From Yuukianura sp. NJ FZ-2021 (lineage: Eukaryota): a stretch of DNA of 64,000 bases. Shown one piece after another: positions 35,455-47,400 of this stretch (position 1 is the stretch's first letter; each line of letters opens with the position of its first letter). The position numbers and the translations under genes are program-made. The notes beneath the pieces were generated by a model. It made no database searches. It worked only from the letters and a program-made list of their open reading frames with translations, and was not told the origin of the DNA. The stretch spans positions 7,502,001 through 7,566,000 of the forward strand of contig CM102287.1 of assembly GCA_046563655.1 (NCBI GenBank). The letters are read 5' to 3'.

Positions 35455-38400
35455 ATGAATTCAAGCAAACCAATCGACGTTGGGGCTTCAGCGGTAACAT
35501 TTTATAATGATGAACATAAAATAAAATGAAGACAGTGAAATTATATAATCTATGTCGATCATTTTATGATTGTGTTACAAATTTTGTTTGATTTGGCAAT
35601 GATTTTGTTAATTCACTGATTTTAGGCATTGATCGAGCTAAAGGCGGAGCTCTATAGAAAGCAGAATCAGCTGAGATCCCAAACGACAGAGAAAGGAGTA
35701 TCCAAAAGTTTAAGGGTCAAGAATGAACCTAAGGGAGCTGCAAAATTAGCCCAAGGGAAGAATCTCAACGTTGAAAAACGTTCTGAAAAAGATGTCGAAG
35801 AAGATAAACTTGCGACGAAAACTTACGAAAAAGCCAAGTAAAGGACATCTTGACAAGTGCTACACTAGTACACAGTTTTCATGAACTATTATTATGCTTT
35901 CGAAGTGTTCTAATGTAAACTTTCTGTTTGAAGGCATGTCCTTGAAGCCAAAGCCAAACTCTACGACGAAATCAATGCAAAGGCTCTAAGTATTGATGAA
36001 GATCATCCCGCACTGGTCAATTCCTTAGTTGACTTTCAGCGTAAAGCCATTGGCCAAATCAACGAAGACAGACTTCAAGCGCCTCAACATGCTAGCAAGA
36101 GTGATGGCGGAAAATGGACGGAGTTTACAGACTCCCTGGGCCGAACTCGCCGGGTGCTAAAATCCGAACTAGCTGCCTACATCGCTGCAGACAAAGAACT
36201 CCATGAGTCCGGTCAAGCTGAAGAACCAACGGATCCAGCACTAGACGAACTTGTTCGCCAAGAAAAACGAGAGAAATGGGAGCAACAAGCAGCAGAATTG
36301 GCCAACAAAAACAAAATCCATTACCAGGATATCCTGTTTGACGGTAAGGCAAAGTTTTTTTTTCATAATTTTTTGATTACGCTCTGCTGGGTGTGGGTGA
36401 TTGGATTGACGAATTAATACTTCAAAGCTCGTTTCCACTTTTCATTCATTACACTCCGAAGATTTTCAAAGAAAGTTTCATTTTCTAGATTCCTGCACCA
36501 AGTTTTCCAAGTTTCCGAGACAAAGGTGTATGGAAAACTTTAGAAATGGGAAAATTAGGCACGAATTAACAAATTTCCCGCTCCTGGCTTGTAAAGCAAG
36601 ATGCGAATAGGTGATTAGCGAAACGTAGTACACTAGACGTTCCTTTTCGGCTTTTCACGGTTACCTTTACATAGCACTTTAGGCGGGAGGCAATCCATTT
36701 TTAATTACTTACAAATTTTTAGCTAAAGAGCTGAGCACGTCCCTGTTTTACGTGGTTAGAGGTCGAAGATTAAATAGTCACGCAACCATCGTTTAGGAAA
36801 TTGACATTGATGTATGAACAGAATTAAAATGGAATCTCTCTTCTCCATTAGTTGTATGTTGCCAGCATATGCTTCCCATAGCTCCAGTAGCTCCATGTTG
36901 GGATTATCGATTACCCACAAGACATTTGGGTCAGGCGTTCCCGCTCTTTGTTCTCACATCTCGCCGTCACCTAACCGTGTAAATACTGCCCTATTCTCGT
37001 ACTGTGTACTTGCAGATTAACTTTCTGATGTATCTACTTTTCCCAAGTGAATCATGATCTGCTTTTTGTCAAAGTGTTACCCGCTTTTTAATGGATCTGC
37101 TTTTCGCATTCTGTTTTACCACAAATCTCCTCCTATCCATCACTTAATTACCGGAGACAACACTTTCACCTGTTTAAATATACATAATATCTACCAAAAT
37201 CCTGATTACTACTCCATTTAATTATTGAGGTTTCACTGCGACACTGCGACTAATCGAAAAAATTCTACCATTTTGCTTTGTACTCTTCAGTTAATTAATT
37301 TTCGATGTTCGAAGTTCGATTTTAGCGTAGGCGAAGTCTCCCACGGTTGCAGAGATTCTGAGAAGTATCATCAAAGCACGAGAATTTCATTGTAAAAGGA
37401 CGCCGTGTGAGGCAGACCGTGGTGCTTTCGCTTTCTGAAATACTTCCCACGCTATTGGCAGTGTTATAGGAAATGCTGCTACTGGTGAATGCAGGATTTT
37501 GTGAATGGTGATGTTAAGGGAAAGCACGGAGTGAAAGTAGGATGAATATTCATGTGGCAATGAAAAATATGGACAACTTTCTCTCCTTTCTCGTTTCCAG
37601 CCAACTGGAAAATTAGTTTCTTCTTGCTTCGTCTCCTTTTCATGAGATTTTTTGGCAAATGTAGTTTTTTTTTCTAAGAATTTTTGGCGTTAGTGAAAGC
37701 AACTTGCTCACATCATCATCATCATCACTCACTCACTTACTCATCGCATCACTCTAACATGTCGCTCAATTTCTTTTGATCGGTGAGATTGTTTTGTTGG
37801 ATTTATTTTTTTGCTTTTCTACGTAACCTATTTTTATAGACTCAAACGGCTCTACGTGAATCAACACTTCATTTTTTCATCATCTTCACTTTTAGTCTTT
37901 GGTGAAGATGAATTGGATCCAATATCACAGTGTCATACTACCAACACTCTGATTTTGATTAATACTTAGAAATAGGGGATTGAAAGAACTAAGAACTACT
38001 GCGACGTTAACTGAAAATGGGAAAACTCAATGACGCTTTCGTCTCATTTCATTTTTGGATGATAGAAGTTTTATTATATTCTTAATTTAGTTCTTTGATT
38101 AACTTATTTTTTGTGAAGATATCTTTGTGATATAGGGTTCTTAGCTGTACTGTCTCGCCTGTCTGTCCCATAGAGGTCAAGAGGTCATGGTTTTGCAGAC
38201 TCCATTTGATCATAAGTTAGTTAAGTTTAGGTACATTTTGGCCAAGGACTTTTGATTAGTTAGCTTGTTGTGGTGGTAGTGACTAGATACACTAGGGAGG
38301 ATATGAGTAGGAGGATATTGCTTAGACTGGGCTTGTGACCTCGGTCGGAACGATTAATAGTAGGAGCATCTCGGTCCATCTCCTGCTGATCTTCCGTTAT

Positions 38401-41400
38401 GCTGCCATTGACGTTTTCGTTGGATGTCTCTTGGTTGTCAAGTTCAGGGATGCTGGAATCAGGGTTATTGGTATGACTAGGGTGATGGGCTTCGTTGTCA
38501 TTTTCAGCGGAATGAGTAGTTTCGTTGTTGCCGGTTGAAATGGCAATGGTAATAAGATGGTCACCATTAGGTTCATGAGCGTGACTCACGTTATGTCCAG
38601 CACTTGGTTGAACGGGCTTCACGAGCTCGTCGTCATCTTCGTCATACTCTTCGCTGTCTTCGTCTTCGTCAAAGTGACCACTGCCTTCGTCCTCGTCGCC
38701 GTTATCGTTATGATGATAGTGGCCTTGAGCTGCTGGAGTTGGGCGTTGGCGGTGAAATGAGGGGCGCGGACCCCCTGCGGCGGGCAGCAGCTCTTCGTCA
38801 TCCGTCAAACCCTGGGAGAAGTAGCGGGAAGTTCGAATTGGATCTCGGTCGAGCGGAAGGTCAGCTGACTGCTGGGCAGTGGCCTTGTCACGGTTGCAGA
38901 GTGACTGGGCACAGTAGCACAGAACGATGCTGTTGACGCTGTAGCAGTTTCGGGAATGCCGCGGAGTACAAGTTCTAGCACCGTGGATTCCGGTAGGAGA
39001 ATCTGTAACTTTAAAAAAAATGGGTTAGATTTGTGTAAAACTGAGGTTCTGGATTCTGGAAAGTTTTAGAGCGGTTTTCAAAAAATTGTCGAAAAAATTC
39101 AAAAAATTGGATAACTCGATCGGCAATGAACTAGAGTTGTAAAGAAAGCCGTGTCCATAAGGTATAGGTTTTTTTTTTCATTTTATGATTCATTAGTCAT
39201 TCATGAGTTGATCTAAGTTTGGAAATTTTGTGATTTTTGACAGTTGTCATTGTGGTGACATTGGGATTGTCTTACCAGTGTATCTTAGACTGCATCCTGT
39301 GTAGTCATTGGGACAGTCGAATTCATATTCATGAGCAATGTTGGCTGCGTCATCAGTTGTGACATTTGGAAATTTGGAGCAATCTGGAATTGTCTTGCCT
39401 GGAAAGAGGAGTTGAATGTCTTTGGATGTGGAAGATGTTTTGTCATCCGGTAAACAGACGTAACACCGATGTCTGGCTCCTGAGAAAATTTTGAAACAAG
39501 AAAAACCATTAGGATCAGCGTTTTTCCCTGACAGTTTTCTCATCTTTTATGTTTTGCACGAAACTACTTTTGCAAAAATTGAGAGTGATGAAACTTCAGC
39601 GTGTTTTGAACAAATATGGATTAATTAGGTTTTTGTCCAGGAATTGCTTACAATTGCAAATATTTTTTTGAATTGAGCTGTTAATTAGGTATCGTTCCCA
39701 CGCAACTTTAAACCGCCCCTTGGTCTAATTCATAATGCTGAGCAAACGGAGAATAGGATTAACATTACATTACTTACATAACAAAGAGATGATCTATCAT
39801 GTCAGTTTTTACGACGGATGAAGAGGCAGTGGACCCTGACAGGGTTTCCCCCATGACCTTTAGGTTTTTCGTCAATCCGGTTCACAGAATGCGGTGCTTA
39901 CGCAATTGCATTAAAAATGAAAATGGAAATCCGCTTTTGTTTCTATTTTTTGTGTAAAGTTTAGACTCTAAATCCTAAGTCCATTTTTTTTTGTTGTTGA
40001 CTTTACGAGTGTAGGAGTAGGAGTGTGCTGTTGTTTAGTTGCAAATTTAATGTGCAATGTCCTAGGGAAATATCCACATCCGTAAAGTAACATGAATTAG
40101 GCAGAGGAAGTGTCCAGGGTCACTCACAACAACAGATCCAGAGATCATGTATTATTTTCAGAATTTGGAAGGAATTTAGAAATTTTATCAGATTTGGTAG
40201 TCGTTTCACCGTAGGTTATGTTCTGGGTGGGTTACACCGGAGAAACGTTGGGTTCTGGAACATAACAATCCGAACACGAAAGTTCGATCGAATGTTGGGA
40301 ACGTGACGAGCTATGTAACGAGCTTCACAATTTTTCTTTTGGTTGGGCAATAACTTTTGAGGTTCGAAGATTCTGTGATTTGTAAGATTTCGTGTGCCAA
40401 ATGAAGTTACATAAATTACGTATTTACTTTCTTTTTATTTGAAAGAAGTTTGACATGAATGTACGAATGTAACTTGCGATTTTGATCAATTCGAGTGAGT
40501 TACTGGAAGTATTTTGGTTCTAACAACGGCAAGATGGATGGTGATGTAATGTCATGTAACGCTATAGATTGGGCATTCGAATGTTCGAGACTTGTGTAAC
40601 TTTTGAAAGTTACGAATGTTCCTGTTCTAATAAGTTTTTGACGCCGTTGGGTGGAGGGGGTCAGGGTTCACGTCTTTTGAAGAATTTTGTCACTGTTCCA
40701 GGTTCCTCCGGGACGGTTGACTAAGAAAACTAAAGTGGAAACCATAAGATGAAATGGAGATGCTTGAAAATGTTGGATGTTGGCGGTGGGCCCAACCGCA
40801 AGATGCTTAATGTTGTAGGTTTTAAGTCGTCAGCGGCACAAGCTACTCTACGGAAAGCGGTTTTTTGTTTTAGCAAATGAGAAGTGCTTACTAAATTAAT
40901 TTATGAATTTCATCTCATGTTATTTGTAGGAACACAAGAAGGTGGGCTTAGTTAGGTGGGAGTTGGTGGGTTAGTTTGTGGTGGCTTAAGATCCACTTCC
41001 TCGTGGCGTCCTTTAATTTTAAACCTCCCGTGTGTCTCTCTTTCGGTTTACTACTTGCCTAAATTCTCATTAACAATTCAAAAGAACGCGGGGAAAGTGT
41101 TAAGGGCTCTAAAAATGCCGACTTCTAGGCCTGGCTTTTCGGTTTTTCAACACCTTTCACCTTTTCCACACGCCCACATAACCTAACATTCTCACTTTGT
41201 TGTTCTACGTTATGTTAGTTGGTTAGAACACGTTAGGTTAGGGGAAAAGTGTGAATGTTAGGTTATGTAAGCAAAAGAAAATGTTGTTAGGGAAAGTAAG
41301 AAAAAGTGCAGAGAGTGGGGAAAAGAGAAAGTCGGCGTCACCTATTGTTTGCTCGTGTTCTGACAGGAACTTTTTATGTTTTGTTTGACTTTTTAATTAA

Positions 41401-44400
41401 TTCTGTGTTTGTTTCTAAAGTTAGTGTTTATCTATGCTATTGCTGAGGTTCTAGATTTAATTAATGGAACAATCGATACGTCAACTTGTGAGAAAATTCG
41501 GCCAGGTTTCTGGAGAAAGTTTTTTTTTTGAAAGAGGAGAAGGTGGATTTTTCAGAACAACGAAAAAGGAGACAGCGGATTTTTCAGAAATACTAAAAAA
41601 GAGAAGGTGGATTTTTCAGAAAAAGGAAAAGTGAATTTTTCAGAAAAAGGAGAAAACGGATTTTTTTTTAGAAAAACAAGAGCCGGGGAAAGTAGATTTT
41701 TAGAAAAAGGAGAAAGTGGATTTCTTTTTGAATAGGAAATTGAGAAAAAGCGGGCGGGATTTGGAGTTTTGTCTTAACGGAGTGTTGAATGTTAGGTTAC
41801 GTTTTGGTTTTGTACATTATGTTGTCGTGTTTAGTTTTTTCTGCCTTGTTTGTGGCGTGTTTTAATGGAAGAAAGTAATGTTTCGGATCGAGATGGGAGA
41901 TGTAAAACAAAATGGTGGTTGACTTTGAGCACGCAAGAAATTGGAATTTTGGGGATTGGAACAGGAACAGCCTCAATCACCATAAATTGGACTGTGGAAC
42001 AACGCAATTATCCCTACGAACCATGGGACATTACTGCCAAGCATTTCTGTGGACTTAAGGAACAGTGAACTTGGTTTCTTCATTTACTCTGCTGGTGAAC
42101 CACAAATTGTTGCATGTTGTTTACAGCGCCGAAGCGTTTTTCTGCTAGTGTGTGACACGAATTCTAAAAAGGTTTTAAAAAATTGGCTGAGAAGGTGGGT
42201 AATGCCCGCCGAATCACAGAATCTTTCAACAAATTAGACGTAATGTTGTGGCCTTTCCGTTGTGGGAGTTTGTTGGGTTACGTTAGGTGGTGTTTTTATG
42301 TTTATGTTGATATTGTTACCGTAAAACTTCTAATAAACGCCCGGCCATTTGCTAAATGTTTCAACTTTTGCCCGCGGCGTTTATTTCTAATTCGGGTGAA
42401 ACCCCCCGGCGTCACTGTTGCTGAATGGATAAAATATTTCTTCCACTCTCCTGAAAAAACGGTTTTGCCGATTTTATTAGTTTCTTCCGGACGAAATTCA
42501 ATTTCGTCCATCAGAACCTGAATTTTATCTGAATTTAACGCCTTGACAGAATGCCGAAAAACAATATCCGGCAACACTGTCCGGCATTTAGTGGTGACCG
42601 TGGGCTGCTTTTTAGTGGTCAGTGTTTATTACTGGTTTTACGGTCAACTATGTTCTAAAATATGTTGGCCCAGCGTAATACTTTATTGATTAGGTTAGTT
42701 TCAACCGTACCTCTCCGCCGGGACGTTATATCAGAAAAATTCAACGCCGCCACTGGGAATCGAACCACAGTAACTTTACAAGAAATGTTCAAATCATAAA
42801 TGCAAATGCATTTACCTTTAACCATTTACCCAACTTGCCTGTTGACAGCATTATCGATTTGTTTTTTTTTATTTAATTTGTAAGCGGTTCTTCCTGTTAT
42901 TGAAAAATCTAAAATTGAGAGGAAACGGAAATTAAAAAAAAAATAGTAAAAATTTCTGGGGAAAATTTTTTAAAAAATATTTTTTTTTTAGGAAATTAAA
43001 AAAATATCATTTTTAGGTGTATCAAGTTATGATGATCTTTTATTGCGATGAGTTAATCTATGATTAATGGTGTTTATTGTTAGTTTGACAGTGAAGGAAG
43101 CCAGAGAGCTGGCGATGAGGGGGATGCAATAGTAAAAACAAGGAGCTTAGGAGCTTAGAAGTTCTTAAATTTGAACTTCCATGTCGTCTAGTCATGGTTC
43201 AAGATGCACTCTGCATTTTGATCTTTGCACGTAACAAGAGAGAGCCTTGTAGGGAGATTTTGCAAAAGTGATTTTGAATTGACTCTCTCGTCATGTCTGT
43301 TGGGCTTTTGTGAATGTCGCGCTGTTGCCTTGATCGGGTTCTTAGATTATGTCGAGGCCATAAAAAATAGAATGATGCTTGTGAAATTCTAATGGGCGGA
43401 GTTGGGAAATGGTCTGGAAATTTCATGTTTTTAGAAAATGAAAAGAATGAAAACATTTTTTAGGTTGGTTTTAGCTTACCGTTTCCAGGAACAGGGAGGA
43501 GAGACAGAGCTGCTGTAAATGTGAGTAAGATGAGAGATAGATGACCTGGCCTCGCCCCGCCCCCTTTTAATGTCACTCCACGTCGAAATGGGGCGGAAAC
43601 TTGATGAATTTGGGTGCAAAATGGAGTGAGAAGTTCCAAGAATCCCATGGTTTCTTAGGAAGGTGTTGGAATGCTGGATCAATTTGGCAAACAGTTGTTC
43701 TGGACAGGGGACAGACGTAAAGGAATTTGAGATTTTTGAAATTTGGCGGGGTGAAAGTAGCTGTGAAATGGATGAGTTGTGCTGTCACCTCCGCTGCCTT
43801 GATTCAACTGTCGGCTGGACCATGTCAAAAGTGTCCACTACAAAAACTTATGTTACTGATAGTTTTTGAAAATATCAAAAAGTTGACAACTTTTCAACTT
43901 CTATGTTGTGTTGTAAGAGGATCTTCGGACTGAATGGACCAATTACGCTGATAGTGACAGGTTGTCAATACACTTTCTTTTTAAAGTTTTCGGAAAACGA
44001 AACTTTTTTGAAAACGCAGAACTGGAAGTTTGACTGTACTTTGACGAATGGTTGAATTTTGACTGTATTTGAGGGAAGTTTGACCGCACTTAGACTGTAT
44101 TTGACTGAAGTTTGACGGTGTTTGACCGAAGTTTGATTTAGTTGATCGAAGTTTGACTGAACTTTGACTGACTTTAACTTTAACTTATGAATGGAAAGTT
44201 GGACTGGAGGTGTCGATTACGTGGACGCTGAAGTGAGAATCTTCCTGGGATGTGGCAAAAGTGATCTGTTGAATTTCACTTTCGGTGGAGGTTTTAGGAG
44301 GGGGATGATAACCAGGGTTAGTTTCAGGGGCAAAGTGTAAGGTGGAGATAGCAAAGGTTATCTTTGCTGGAACGGGGTTAAGTAAAGGTTTTGAGAGATG

Positions 44401-47400
44401 TTTTTAGCACAGAAAAAGTGCTTGCAGGTTACTCAATCAGTCAATGGTTAGCGCTGAATCGCTGGAAAAAGTTTGGACTCCGAACTTCGGATGTTTTTCT
44501 GTGACGAAGCGACCTGTCGACTCGAAGCGTCTAAACTGAACTGTGAAGGTCCACAGCACCGTGCCTCTTCTTCCCCCTTTCTCCTCGCGTCTCTTCTCTC
44601 GTTTGATACTTCAACACTTTTGCTTTCTGTTGCTCTCTACCCTATGAACTTAAAGTTCTAAATTGGCCAAGAACAAAGTATCTTTCACTGCTGTTTCACT
44701 CTAATGCTCTGATCTCATTGGAATTTTAAACGCCCTCTTAGTCTGATTAACATTAAGGAAGACGCTCCTTGGAAATGGAATTGGATCGAGACGTTTCTCC
44801 TTTATGTTTGGAATTTAGAACTTGGGTTTTTAGAGGCGTAGAGATTGTTGGTTTCGCAGAAAAGGGGGAAATCTAGTGTCCAATCTCTGCTCCTTGTGAC
44901 ACTGGCCGACGTCTTTTGGGTTGTGAATTTATGAGTGACAGGAGAGACGCTGAATGGAAAATTGAAGTCGGAAGAGGGCAAATGTCAACTGCTAGACTGC
45001 GACTAACGGCAATCTTCCAGGACTCTACCAGATCCTCCTCCAACAGATTCCTTAAAGCTCCAGAACTCTCGTCCAGCAAAACCGGAAGGTCATGGACGAT
45101 CACTTCCGTACTAGTTTCTCGGTGGACCGCCATCTATGGACGAGTGTCCTTATGTACCGTCACTTTCGGACGGATAACTTCCTGAACGGTCCTGTATGGA
45201 CGAGCATATTTTCGGACGGTCCGTTATGGACGAGCATTTTTGTGAGCACTAAGACAAGAATCTTTGTGGGACAGTCACTTGTGGACGGAGCGTCTACATG
45301 GACGGCCATATATGGACGAGTTCCTTTTTGGACGGTTCCTAAAAGACGAGAATCTTTATCCACATTCAGTTGGAAAAGCGTCTTTGTCGGACAGTGGACG
45401 GAGCATCTTCATGGACGGTCATGTATGGACGAGTATCTTGGTGGACGTCTATTCATGGACGACCAGTTTTAGATTTTAGTGGGTTATGTTTAGTCAGAAT
45501 CTGGGAGTGGTCGAGAGAACTTTGAACTAAAAGATAGGATAGGTTTGGTACGAAAGTGGCCGTCCAAGAGTGTCCGGAACCCGTCCAGGAGGAAATGGAC
45601 TGTTATGGGACTGGAGACTCATGGTTCTTGGTGCAGAGTCGCAGATTGGAAGATTCTTTTTAGTTGGTTGATGTAACAAGAGTTCTTTTGTGCATGAAGA
45701 CAAATAGGAAGAAGCAGGAATTGGTAACAAAGGAAGTAAAAAAGACAATTGGAAGAATGATGAGGTTCGGAAGGGGAGGGCTAGGGCGGATCTGTGCATC
45801 TCTCCTTTTGTTTTCAATGTCTATTTTCCCAAGGAGTCAAAAACAGTTCTGGAATTAAGTGATTGATGGTTCATTAAACTCATTCTACTCACACGGTGTT
45901 AGGTTAAGAACTTGTTGCAATTGTTAGGACACAATGGTAGCCAGATTTTAATAGGCTCTATTTCATAATGTAAACTTGGCTTCTTGATGGTAGTTGGATC
46001 CCATTGTTCAAATGGAGACAGCAGCATCATCATCTTATAAGTGGGAAATGGGATAAGATGAGACAAGATCGAGTTTGAAGTGGATTTGAAATGGATCTGG
46101 GATGTTCCTTCTGGCTAAACATAATTTCCAACTGTCTCCAATTTCTTATACTCTGGCACATCTTCCTTCCTGTGTGCTCTTAACGTTAAATTTTTGTCAC
46201 TGAGTTCTGGAGTTCCGGAGTTAGGCTAAGGGGCTATGTGTAGGGAATCAAATTGTTCCCATGATGGTTTTAAGAAGCGCTTAAGAGCTTCTGCTGAGCG
46301 CCGTAACCAGATGCTACCGGTCTTTAGTTTTTGGAAATGTGAATTGGCAATAGAAAGATGGAGAGCGGCTATAAAAGTCGGAAATGCTGCGCGGGGAAGT
46401 ATTTTTTGAGGGAATGTGAACGTAAGGTTGTGCTTGATCTGATTGTTGACTCTTCGTCGGTTCAAGTGCTTGAGGGAACGAGAGAATGTGATTAGGAAGT
46501 GGAGTAATTATGAGGAATTTAATGAAATGAAAATTAAATCCAGTTTGGACGAAAGAAAGCTGTGGAGGGAGGGAGGAATTTGAAATGAAGTTAACGTTGG
46601 AGCTGAATGAAGCTTCGACTCTACCCGCCCTCGGAAGTGTGCAATTTTCCCGAGTTTCTCTGATTTGGATCACGGAGATCAAGTTTTTTTACGGACTGGT
46701 TTTCTGTGGGAAGATGACGATGGGGTCTTGTGCTAAGCTAGTGCGGTCATTCTCGTTATGAGTTGAAGTGTTATCCTTCCGTTTTCTTGTTAAGACCATT
46801 AATTCAATTGGATCGTAGTACTCATTTTCCATGTGAAAATACAAAGCGATGCTTAAAGTTGAAGCAAAAGAGAGATCGGAAGATCACTTTTCACGTTCCT
46901 GTTACGCAAGTTTTTTTTTGTGCTTCTCCAGATCTTCAACAACCCCTTGAGCTCAATGAACTTGAATGAAATGGAAACAGAAAATAATGTGTTTTTTTTG
47001 TCTTCGTTTTTCATTTTCTCTGTTTTTCGTAAGCGTGGGTTTAGAAAAGCGTGGTTTTCACAAAAATAAACAGCAGTTTTTTTTAAATTCTTTTTTTAAA
47101 TTTTTAGCAGAAACGGAGAATTTTTTATAAATTGTGGTTAGGTGTTAAATTCCGGTGACAAATCTTCACTTTTTCTTGGTTTTAGTTTTGACATGTCAGC
47201 TAGTTTCTTGAATTTTTGACGGTGACAGTGTTTGGGAGAAAGTTTTTGATAGGGAAATTTTTTTCTTTTTTCATTCTTTTCTGTTTTTCTTTTTCCCTTT
47301 TTTTGGAAAATGTTATTGAATTGAAATTGATATTTTTTGGCTTGACTGCTCGAGGTAGGCGATTGACCTTCTATTGTATTTGTACCTGACCTTATCCATT

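Noticed and set aside
35506..35619. C/D snoRNA candidate in CCDC174 intron 1 (ATGATGA...CTGA)
   Set aside because: The CTGA sits at the 3' splice region, with no terminal stem or evident rRNA guide.
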